The notes under the pieces are model-generated. The model searched no databases. It was not told where the DNA came from and worked only from the letters and a program-made list of their open reading frames with translations. Both the position numbers and the translations under genes were made by a program. Positions 12,342 through 23,020 of a stretch of DNA of 64,000 nucleotides are shown here, piece after piece (positions within the stretch are counted from its first letter, which is position 1; each line of letters begins with the position of its first letter). Source of the stretch: Lophium mytilinum (lineage: Eukaryota). Where the stretch lies: positions 1,149,032-1,213,031 of the forward strand of contig MU004182.1 of the NCBI GenBank assembly GCA_010093605.1. Direction: 5' to 3'.

Positions 12342-12800
12342 ATTCATGGCTTGCATCAACCTTATGTTAGGGTACAATCATTATGATAGGTGGCGAAAGC
12401 ACATAGTAATAAGAAGGACGCGTCCAGGCCTAGTACTTAAAGAAATGTAGCTGGATGTCTAGAAGGAAGCAAGGGAGGGCAGGGCATCTAATTTGTGGCT
12501 ACTTATGCTACTTGGGCATGTAAAACTCTATACAAGGTATTTTAGGCATTGGCAAGTACCACTTCTAACTCACCTGCATGTAGTGTACTATGCAACGATA
12601 TGAAGCCCACAGTAATTGACAAGTACGTTCAAACAGCTATGGTACTGCTAATGAAAGTCCCGAGGACTCTCTCTACGGCCTTTCGCTGTCAGAAGTCAGG
12701 AAGTCTGCCTGAAGCAGCGGTGGCTGAGGCAGTGCTTCAGCCTTCCAACATAAAGCACTCACCATGCCTCCTCCCCACCTGAAATCCTTCTACTTCATCT
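12342..12800. repeat. Degenerate repeat copy A'; internally palindromic
   Basis: Collinear with 9990..10394. Internal inverted pairs TAGAAGGA/TCCTTCTA and CATTGGCAAGTACCA (12547-12561)/TGGTACTGCTAATG (12640-12653). Confidence 0.75.
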
Positions 12801-12863
12801 ACCCTTTGAACTTCCCAATGACCCTTTAGCCTTGAGCATCTCGGTCATACATCATCTTTGGAC

Positions 12864-15036
12864 ATGCGGTATTGGAGTACCTGGAGCGAAGTACTTTCAT
12901 GCCTCGCTCACCACCGCAGGTTCCTACCGTCAAGTTTCAATCTCAGCTCTTCTATAAAGCATCGCGTTCGGCAAATTAGCCATGACACGTCAGGGTCAAG
13001 ACCGCGGTATATCGGCTATGCGACGATTGCAGGCGTTGTTGGCACATCTTTCATTGTGAGCGTTGCTACCGTCAGCCTCTCCATCCATCGCACCAACACG
13101 AATAGGCAAAAATTAGCCACGGCGACTGAAGAACAGTGGCCAGTCCATGGGCACATAAAGTCTAGCACCGGGTCCAATTTGGCGTCATCTGGAATAACAA
13201 GATCTGACGGAAGCATCCCCTTTACCTACGATCAGCTGCGCCGGGAGGAGAAGACACGCCTCCTGGTTCTCGAAGCCGGAGAGCCAGAGGATGAACTGAG
13301 GTGTAGGCTGAACCATGTCTCTACTCTTCAGGACTCGCAATACGAGGCATTGTCATACGCGTGGGGCGAGCCTTCGACGACACATTCAATCTACACTCCG
13401 GAAGGTAGTGTTCTGATCACCGCCAGCCTATTTGGAGCCTTGCGTAGGCTGAGACTACCTGATCGGGCTCGAGTCATCTGGGCTGATCAACTATGTATAA
13501 ACCAAGAGGACGAAATTGAGAGAGGACATCAAGTGCAATTCATGAGAGAGATTTACGAAAACGCGACCCAGGTGATCATTTGGCTTGGAGAGGAATCATC
13601 TGTTGATCAGCGCGCCTTTCAATCTCTGGAGATCATCGAAAACAGTCTCGGACTGCCCTACCCGACGCCGGCTACTGGCATGGGCTGGAGAAGACAAAAG
13701 AGTAAGGCTTTGTCTGGAGGTACCATAATGGGGCCGCTCGCCAACGTCGATTCTGATCAACTAGCCAATCTGCTTCGGAGGCAGTGGTTCCGTCGTACAT
13801 GGATAGTCCAAGAAGTTGCAAGCACGAAGAAGGCCACCGTTATGTATGGGTCACAGATAGAAGCCATGGGAAGAGTTCGCAGATGTTTTCATGCGGCTCC
13901 AAACCTTGCCTGTGGACATAGGTTATGTGGAAGACGCCGATATCGTGAATTCCAGGAACAAAATCGCTGCTATCGAAACTGCTAGAAGATCCCGCAACGG
14001 ACCTTTGCACATGCCTCTTTTCCAGATGCTACTAGCCACCTCATACAATCAATGCTCCGATCCCAGAGACAAGGTATACGCTATCCTTGGATTGGGAAAA
14101 GACTGGGACCGGAATCAAGATATGAACCCAGATTACACCGTTGGAATGGGGGAGGTCTACAAGAGATTCGCAATTTGGGACAGCAAGCGAAACGCAAATC
14201 TACGTGTGTTGTCATGTGCGTCGGGCCCAAAAGAGGACGGAGAATCGAGGATGCCTTCGTGGACACCGGATTGGACTAACATTGAAAACGAATCTCCATT
14301 CGTTCGGTATAGCGATCGCACGGGATTTGCAGCTTCGGGCAAGATGTTAGCAATGGCCTGGCATTCACACGATGGCAACACTCTTCATGCTGAAGGGAAG
14401 CTGGTTGATACTGTTCGGGAGCTTGGTTCATTGCCCACTTTCACCCCAGCTACTGGAGTCTTTGAGATAAACCAAGAGAGCATATCGCGATTGCAAAAGT
14501 CAAAGAAGTGGCTTCAGGATTGTCAAAGACTTGCAGAATCTGTCAATGGCCCTTTGAGCAACGACGAGTACAACGCTTTCGCGCGAACCATGACTTGCAG
14601 CCTGACTGGCGATGCCTTCCCCGCTCCAAGTACCTACTCAGCATACTTCAAAGAGTATATGAGGTTCATGGATACCACGCCAGAGAAATACGCTGAATAC
14701 TACAAAGAGTTTGTGTCATCACCGAAACGGTTAATGGGGGCCGATGAGAGAAATCCTTACTTCAGAGGCCATACATTTATCGAATCTTCCCTACAACAAT
14801 GGACGTCGAAACGCCGGCTCTGCACCACCGAAAATAGACGATTGGCAGTGGTACCAAAGTCAGCAAGAGCTGGAGACGCAATCTGTGTTTTGTACGGTGG
14901 CGAAGTTCCCTACGTTCTCCGGCCTGCTCCCGATGGCTTCTATTTCGTTGTTGGAGAGTGCTATGTAGATGATATGATGCATGGCAAAGCTCTTTCAGTC
15001 CAAGGTCTTCGACCCACACGATTTCGGCTGCGGTAA
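12864..15036 (+). pseudogene. HET-domain (het-6-like) gene with one frameshift; pseudogene or sequence error
   Basis: HET motifs YEALSYAWG, WADQLCINQ, QVQFMREIY, WLG and WFRRTWIVQE are in one frame. CSDPRDKVYAILG, MPSWTPDW and VPYVLRP...VGECYVDDMMHG are in the next frame. The frame shifts by +1 at 13854-13860. Confidence 0.85.
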
Positions 15037-15426
15037 TCATGAAAGAATGAACTAGAGTCAGAGCATATACATTCTTTTTAGTACTCATCAACGCACCAAA
15101 AATTCTACTCGTGATCCTAGTTTCGCAAGCATGGAGAGAAAAGAACTTGAGGAACCAGTCCACCCATGCGAAGTCGACAGAGCCCCTTCTTGATGGCGAT
15201 GGCAGAGGAAGATAGGCCTGTCGTTGAGTAAACCGAGTTCCGTGTGCTGCAACCGTCCAAGAGCTCCCTCCACGAACCACAGCGTTGGCTCCTGTCCCCA
15301 GCCCTGCGGTGTTCTTCTACTCATGCTTCCCACCACGGAATGACATCGCAATGAGCCTCGAGGCCGTGCAGACCTTCGGTGCATGATACAGAGCGATCAT
15401 GAAGAGCGAAGCGAAGATCGTTATCA

Positions 15427-17718
15427 CTAAGTAAGTTGAAACGTCTCCAAAGGAACGCCGCGCGCCTTCAAAACCTCAGGCAGCATTCTAGGGTCCGAAT
15501 TCATCTCTTCGCCAGTGATCTTGTTCCGGAATGCTCCGAAGGTTTCGGGATCGCTGCGTACTCTATTTCTTCTTACCGGCTCCCATCCTTCAGGCAGAGG
15601 ACCCAGCCGGGGATCTTCAGACATTGGTATAGTCTGCGCTGTAATGGAGTTGAAGAGGTGATAGGTTGTTCCACCGGCGTTATCGGTTGCAACCTGTACG
15701 ATCCAAGGCTCGGGCAGCGGTCCAAGGAGCGCATTTGCGTCAGCTAAGCCATGGACGTAGCCACACCCAACAACCAGAAATCTTCCAGCTAAGGTCGGAC
15801 GTAAAAACATCGGAGAGTTGCACCCAAGAAAGACGCAGACAAGATCCTCTATCCAAACAGTTAGACTTAATTTCCAAGAGCCTGATATGATGGTTTTTAC
15901 CAGGCTTTGCTAATGTAGGACCCAGTCCAATATAACCTTCTTTTGTCGTTATGAAAGTGCGACCTGCGACATGTCCCATTATGCTTTTCAACTGAACATC
16001 AATCGCGTGTTCAACTTCCGCCCTACCTCCAGGACGAATAATATTGTTAAGTACGAAATTTTTCCACTCCTGAGTCTTTGGCTTGGCACTTATACTCGGC
16101 CACCGTTCTATAACCTCATTGTCGAGGAGCACTAATGCAAACGCAGTCTCTAAGCTCTCTCCTGTGATATATCGAGATGGAAGCGTCATCGCCTTTACTG
16201 CCCATGTCCGAACATCATCCGGTACGTCTTTACTCCACCACGAGGTTGGCTCGGTGGCAGTCTCGACAGTGGCACAACGAACTCCTAGCACCTCTAGCAT
16301 ATTTGGACGCTCGTACCGAAAATATGCACGAGATATCCCGCTGGAAATATGTTCACCAACGGCTGATATCCTTTCTTCTGCCGACGACCAGCTTGGAACC
16401 CAGGACGGAGCGTCGGCAATAGCAGTATTCATATCACAATACTGGAGCAGTTCCACTCGAGAATCATGATTCGAAGACGTAAGGAACGCGTCTTTGTAAA
16501 CCGTACCAACTGTGGCTGAGTAATCGGGTTCGATCTTTGCTAAGCTATTCGAGGCCGTAAGGCCTAGCAATCCGTAGATATAATCTCTGGGATTAGAACA
16601 CAACTGGTACATCATTGTACGAAGTAAGCGACCAAGCGAGAAATCTAATATTGGTCCAATAAGTCCTCCAAGAACGGACAGCAGTACACGAAGCTGAGGA
16701 GAAGGATAATCGCCTTTCACCGACATGCACCGCACCGCCCGACTTAAACGGGACCACAAGATTGTGTCATGTCCGCTCTGCACGAGCGCATGCTTATTGG
16801 CAAGATGAGCTTCCTGCCAGACCCATACACGGGAGAACCAAGAGCGTGTTAGTAGCTCTTGTACGGCCAGCCAAGTCCGGTCATCGTACGGTAAGACACA
16901 GTCCGGGTCATACCAGTCAGGTTCTTTGGCTGTGGGAGATCTCATTGCGCAGCTGTCCTTGGTAAATTCTACCTGAGCTGCGATGTAATCCAGTGTGTTG
17001 ATTGCCAATTTGCTGTTGTCTGCCTCTGGTCCAAGCCAGATGATAACGCGTTCAGCTGACTTGTATATGTTCGCCATACGCTTGACCTGCTCGTTGCGTT
17101 CATTCTCGTCACCTTGATACGGTGGTCTATTAGCATGGAAAGTGCAACAATTTAAATCTGAAAACACGTACCTTGATTTATGACCACAGCATCTACCCAT
17201 AGCATCCGAGATTTGTCGCAATATCGCAGGTACCTCAACGCGACGGAAAGATTTCGCGTAACCGGTAATAGCGATACGGCCTGGGATACAGCAGCGACAA
17301 CATAAGCGTTCTCTGGATTCTCTGCTGAACCCCAAGTATAGGATAAAGCTTCGTATCGCGGCTGATACTCGGTATATGGCATTTCTGGTGGTCGAGCATA
17401 GCGGGATCGCTCGATATTAGGCACTGGGTGCTCCCAAAAGTTCTGGCCTCTGCTGCCGAAGATATAATCTCCTTCAACGGTCTCAGAGACCCCCCATCCA
17501 GGCGGTAAGGTCTCCCTCACCTCTCTCAAAGACATTCTCTCCACTGGGCGCTCCTTAGGAACTACTAGGGGAGCATGACAGAGCTCGAACCGAATTGGAT
17601 CCTCAAATCTTCCCGGCAGGAGCTTTATGAGCCTGATCTCCTCGGTCTCTCGGTCCAGCGGGGCATATTGATAAGGCGCCGCTGCGGAGGGTATCGAGGC
17701 CTTTGATCCAGATTCCAT
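15427..17718 (-). CDS. HET-domain protein with three WW-like modules
   Basis: EIRLIKLLPG, YEALSYTWG, WVDAVVINQ, QVKRMANIY, WFSRVWVWQE, PRDYIYGLLG, PSWVPSW, VVGCGYVHGL. Introns 17113..17171 and 15849..15900. WW-like segments LPPGW...WEHP, GPLPEPW...EDPR and GPLPEGW...SDPR. Confidence 0.9.
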
Positions 17719-17955
17719 GGAAGACACTTTCGAACACTCAAGTGGGAGATGACTTTCTCCAAGAGGTAAGGCGATACCTTGCGAGTTTAGGGAGAACCGA
17801 ATGGAGAGACGAAGGAACTTGCAGCGGACGTGGATTCTGCCATTGTAGAATGTGTAGCGAGGCTGTGAATAAGCAAGGCAACGGTGCCAAGAACGACGTG
17901 CATTTGTAGTATGCATTGAATCCTTAGCGCATATCTCCTATCATGGACACTACGC

Positions 17956-18069
17956 CCACCTATTTATCACAACAGACCTAATCTTGCCTTAACCTTTGTA
18001 CCGGAGATAGCTTACAGAATACCTACTCTGTACCGTTAATCCTTAGGTTAGAATAATAATAGAGGGTGG
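17956..18069. repeat. Degenerate palindrome
   Basis: Nested pairs CCACC/GGTGG, ACCTAA/TTAGGT, TTAAC/GTTAA and TACAGAATA/TACTCTGTA around 18015-18022. Confidence 0.55.
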
Positions 18070-18115
18070 ACTTATCTAGAGACAAACATAGCATAAGAAT
18101 TTGCCTAGCAATGGA

Positions 18116-18290
18116 CCTGCTCCCGACGGTTTCTATTATGTTGTTGGAGAGTGCTCTGTGAATAATATCATGCACGGCAAAGCTCTTTCAGTTCAAGGTC
18201 TTCGAACCACACGATTTCGGCTGCGGTAATCTTGTAGGAGGTAGAGATGAGCCAGTCACAGCATATACATTCCTTTCAATACTCATCAAC
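18116..18290 (+). pseudogene. Orphan diverged copy of the last 38 codons and 3' UTR of the HET gene at 12864..15036
   Basis: 18116..18229 aligns without gaps to 14923..15036 (102/114 nt identical, including TAA) and translates PAPDGFYYVVGECSVNNIMHGKALSVQGLRTTRFRLR*. The 3' UTR block AGCATATACATTC...TACTCATCAAC is also shared. Confidence 0.92.
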
Positions 18291-18499
18291 ATCACCACCT
18301 AGTCATCATGACCACCCTTCAACATCAGTTCATCATCCTTCACAAAAAGTGAAACAAACTACACCCATACGCCCTCAACCTCGCACCCTTCAACTTCCCC
18401 AACGCCTCCATAAAAACGCCCCAAACACCCGTCCCTCCTCTATCAAACCATCCCCTCAACACCCTTACGCACTCTCATCATCCCAATCAAAGGGGCCTA

Positions 18500-18918
18500 T
18501 CAACTCCTAGAAGAAATCCAAACCAACATCCCAACCCCATACACGACCCACACCGCACAAAACGCCCCACCAATCCAGCGGCCGCGCCGCTCGAGCGCCT
18601 TCTTCGCCGCCTCCGCCGCTTCCTCCTCTTCCACCGTCAGAGCCGGCTCCACCCCTAGTCCGGGATTCGCTTGCTGCCACGCGCGGAACGCGAGGAAGTG
18701 CTGCCACTCACGCTGCCGGGTTGCCTCGTCCATGACCTCGAGGGGCTGCGTGGGGGTGGGAGGCGCGGCCGCCTCGTCGGGACCGTGGTAGGGAGGGGGA
18801 GCAAGGGCGGCGGTGTCATCATCGTCGGCGGCGGCGAGAGGGTGGTATTTTGTGGTTTGGGACTGCTTGCGGCGTTAGGATGTGGGGGGGACTGGAGGTT
18901 GGAAGCGCGACTTACCAT
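18500..18918 (-). CDS. Small C-terminally anchored membrane protein with a PPPY motif
   Basis: The first coding exon is ATG only, followed by intron GTAAGT...CTAAC...AAGCAG (18863..18915). Spliced product MSQTTKYHPLAAADDDDTAALAPPPYHGPDE...WIGGAFCAVWVVYGVGMLVWISSRS. Confidence 0.7.
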
Positions 18919-19091
18919 TTTAATGGTGTTAAGGTAGGACTTGGCAGGATGATGTGTGAGGTTGGAGAGGGGAAGGTTGGTCGAGTTTGCTTTATGGTGA
19001 GGTTATTGCAGTGGAGTGAGTGGGTAGGCGGCCTTAAAGGATGATGCGGCGCTCTCCGGTGTTACAAGGCTGTATTCTGGAGGAAAAAACA

Positions 19092-19124
19092 GCCTGGCAC
19101 GCCTGGCACGCCTGGCACGCCTGG
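19092..19124. repeat. 9-bp tandem repeat (GCCTGGCAC)x3 plus a partial copy
   Basis: Read directly from the sequence. Confidence 0.9.
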
Positions 19125-19982
19125 GCGGCACAGCCTGGTTGGCATTCTAGGATGGAGATCTTCAGACGCAGGGGCGAGCACCCCTTTCCAAACATGGAGG
19201 GAAGCATGTGGAAGTAGCATAGATGTGCGTAGAACAGGTGAAGGTGGGAAGCAGCTTGTCTTTTTTTATGACGTTGGTATTTTTTTTGTTTAAATATGCT
19301 CGCGATAGACGAAGCCCTGCTATCAATCTGGTGTGAGCGTACCGTGCAACTATCACGTTGAAAGCTCCCTTATTTTCCTCCACAACATACCAAAACGGTT
19401 CCTCTATGAAAGTGTAAGGAACCGTGAAAAAAAGTTCAGAAGGGTATCTCTGCCCGCGAAAGCAAATAGGACGGCGAGTGAGCTTTATTGTGCGTTGGAC
19501 GCTACGGCTAGGGGAATTTTCTCTTGTTGTTTCAATTTCTGTTTCACCATCATCTGCTTTTTGAATTCCGAGCCAGACTACCCTAATTAGGTGGATCCAA
19601 TAGAACCCAGAAAGATTTTGGGCACGCCTAGTCTCTTCAAGCAGGCATGCTGCAAATTCATCCACGCTTTTCCTCCGATGCAAACGAACATCACCTTCTG
19701 TGCAAGCAAATCGAGACTGAAAGGGATGACCACGGGTGTTGGGGGTCGGGGGAATAAACAAAGGAAATCGCTGAAATCAGGAGTGAAAAGGAATCTTGAT
19801 CTCGCAGCAGATGTAAACACAATCGCTCGCAATGCTGGGGGAACATGACCACGCTATGACGCTTCATACATGGATTTTTTTTGATACAAGAGAGGATTCG
19901 GAGATCTTCGGTCGGGAGGTTACTCGTGGTACGAGAGATCGCCGTTAATCTGTGCGACTATGCCTAGCTATGATGGCTTTGG

Positions 19983-21257
19983 CTACTGTACATGGTGGAT
20001 GTATTGGTTTTGGTAGTACTGTGGCTGAACGTGTTGCGCGTTCGAGACCGGAGTCGGTGTGGTAGGGTAAACCCTTGGGATGAGTCCAGCACATTTGCCG
20101 CCATCAAATTGATCGTTCTCAGGTGTGACCGGCGGAGTCAATACACCATGGTTGACAATAGCAGATCCATAGTGATGTTTCTGTGGGGTCTGGGGGCCGA
20201 TGTATACGTCTGTCGTCGGCTTTGGCTCTTCGCAATGCACGCTTGCTGGGGGCGTTGGTGGAGCATTGGCACGCCTCGCAATCTGTGCTTGTCGTTGCAA
20301 GAACTCATCCACAGTAAGAGATACCTGTGAGAGCGGAGCAATAGAGTACTTTCGGGATAGGACCTGCGATGGTTGGTACAGGTGGTTAGACAAGTTGAGA
20401 ACGGTCGATGGGTCGTAGGCGCCAGCCCAGTCCGAACTCTTCGATTGATTGCGAGACAGGATGCACCTAGCAAGGGCGAGTGAGGACCGTGCGAGGACAG
20501 ACGGGCGTGTTGAGACAAATTCCTTGTGGAATAGCGCAATCTCGGCAATATAGAGAGTCATATGTTCCACCTCTGGATCGTGCTCAACTTCGGACAGCGC
20601 AAGTTGCAGGAACGAGTCGACTGTAGGATGTCCGATGATCCAATTGAGAGTCTGAAGCACGTGCCATTCCATCTGGGTGAACATCTCATCATCATACAGG
20701 GAGCAGCACATTGACTTGAGCTCTCGGACGGTGGGTACACGGTCTTTCCGGTCTCCGTACTTGGCAGCGATGAGCAGGGCTGCGCAGCCCACAAGCTGAT
20801 AGTGTCGCTTGTAGACAACGCGTCTGGAGCAGTACCGGTCGAGTAGATTTACGGCGAGGAAGAGAGTCTCTGGGAGCAGTTGGAAAGCTGCATGTGCCTC
20901 TACCAGGAAGTCGAGAAGGTAAGGACGCATGAACCACTGGATCTCGGTCTGAATGTCGATAGAGTTGACATCAGGTAGTGTTTGTCCCTGATAAGACGTT
21001 AGCAAGATGATTTACATGAAGGGGGAATGGTGGTGTTGACTGACCTCCATGTGTTCCATGTGATCCAGGATGTCCTCTTGATATTCCTCTCTTGTCATCC
21101 TGGAAAGATCTTCTTGAATGACTCGCTGCTGCATCTTGGCAATGCTGCGAGCCCGTTCTCTCTCCGCCGCGCGCTGTACGTAGAGACCTTCATCCGGGCA
21201 GTCCACGAAGAAGCTGTCGCATTGTCCGTACCTGGACGGGTACCGTTGGTAGGCCAT
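19983..21257 (-). CDS. G1/S cyclin (fungal Cln/Puc1-type)
   Basis: Cyclin box QWFMRPYLLDFLVEAH...LFLAVNLLDRYCSRR...LVGCAALLIAAKY...MEWHVLQTLNW; TP/PEST-rich tail. Intron 20988..21044. Confidence 0.93.
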
Positions 21258-23020
21258 GATTGTGGGAGGTGAGCGATGTGAGTGTCGGAAAGAGTGGACG
21301 TCAGTTCGCCGGGATTGACTGAAGTGGAGTTGATGACCAAGATTGTTCGAGGTCCGAAGTGAGCGTCAGGTTCGATTGAACCGAATTAGAGAATGGCAGC
21401 CGAGTCACGGCAAATGTGAAAGACAGTAATTAGTTGGATAGAGTCAAATGAAGGTCTCTGGTTCCCGGGTCCAAGTTCTGGAGAGGCGGGAAAATAGTTA
21501 TAGCAGAGAACCTGGAACGGATCCTGATTAGCGGACGCGCGAAAGTAGAGCCATGCAAGGCCGTCTAAGATTGCCCATACCTGAAGAATTAGATGATTAC
21601 GTTTAAAGAGCGAAGTGTAGCGGAAAGAACCGAAAGACGACTTGGGAAGAACCGAAAATAGTCGAGCCCCTTGCTAATCGCATCCAGATACTAGCGCAGG
21701 AATGAGCCGGAGTTATTGTGGCTCTGTTAGCGGATCCTGGAAAGGGAGTATTGTTCGAGAGGCAGAGCACGAGTTAACGAGTCCACCTGGGGCTAGGGCG
21801 GGCCTGGGAATGTGAAGATTTCCCGGTCCGGTAAAGCACGGTTCTGAGGCAAGGACCTGTCAGTGAAGGCACGGCGAGATGTCTTTATGAGTAGTTACGA
21901 ACCTGAAGTTGTCTTGGTTCTTTGGTTGGATGTCCTGATTGGTTCAGATTCGAGGACAAGCAAGAGGCGAGTTATTCGTGTGTGGAAAGCAAAAAACACT
22001 ATCAAGATAGACGAGTTAGCAGTTGAACAAGCTGTCTCGACAAGATCTTAGTGGACAGGCGTGGAGGCAGTGGCTGGTGAGGTTGCAGTTGTTGGCGAGA
22101 AGGCGGAAGCTGGCGAGGTTGCAGTTGTTCACGCTCGTCGACGCGGTTGCCGATGGAATGAACCCGGTGATTCGACCGACGCCAACCAAATATGTGAATT
22201 CCCTGCCTGCCAGCCGGCTTCAACCAAGGGTTGCCGAGAAAGACGGCCCGTGGCTCGTGGCGCGCAGCTCGCCCATAGTGTAGGAAGCCTTGGCGATGGG
22301 CTTTTAGAGGCAGGAGCAAGCACTTGCAACCACTCTGATGGGGGCGTACGTTCAGACACTGGAGTGAGCCGGCGACGATGGGATGTTTCGGTGCAAATCG
22401 TGAATGCCACACTTATAGGGGTTGGTGTTGCCTCTGATATGACCTCGACCAGGGAAAACCCTCACTGAAGACCTCCAGGGTATTACTGGCACGAAACCAC
22501 CTCCTTCCAGCGGCTGACCAATTCAACAAGTCCACCCAATGGCGAAGTGCAAGCTTGCATAGTCTGGAGCGATGTCGTCGACTGATCGAGGTATATCTCG
22601 CGAAGAGCTCTGTCGGCGGTGATAGGGGGCGTCGTACAGGCCACGCAAGTCGATTGATCCACGGCTACTACTCTGGCTGGGGGAACTGAAGGAAAGTATT
22701 GAGACACTTACCGAGAGCACACAAGCAAGAAAATCCCGGTCGGAACGCACGCTGAAAATCACGGGGCGGACTGAGGAAACCGGCTGATAGGTCGGTTGGC
22801 GTTCGGAAGAGAAACGGGAGAGATGGCGAGAGACAGCTCCAGCGGCCACAGTCGAGGACGAGGCTGCAGAGGTCGAGGAAGAGGATAGAGCGAAGGGTCT
22901 GAAGAGCCAGAGGGTTCTGGTTTCTTCGAGAGGTCCTTATGGGGGAAACGGCCGGCTATGGGAGACCGAGGAGCGTTGATGAGTACTGGAAAGAGTCGTG
23001 CCACTCGTTGGTCAGCACGC
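21258..23020 (-). promoter_or_regulatory. Predicted long spliced 5' leader of the cyclin gene (three introns, one uORF)
   Basis: Candidate introns 21999..22711 (GTAAGT...GCTAAC...TAG), 21844..21902 (GTTCGT...CTGAC...CAG) and 21512..21580 (GTATGG...GCTAAT...CAG). Only 5 minus-strand ATGs in 1.76 kb, 4 of them inside these introns. uORF at 21603..21683. Confidence 0.65.

Noticed and set aside
19162..19848. ORFs downstream of the cyclin stop
   Set aside because: The region has A/T tracts and looks like a long 3' UTR; the translations have no protein-like motifs.
21575..21600. CTAAT...TTCAG|GTATGG as a recursive splice site or stwintron
   Set aside because: CAG|GT is the ordinary exon-end consensus, and no suitably placed upstream donor was found.
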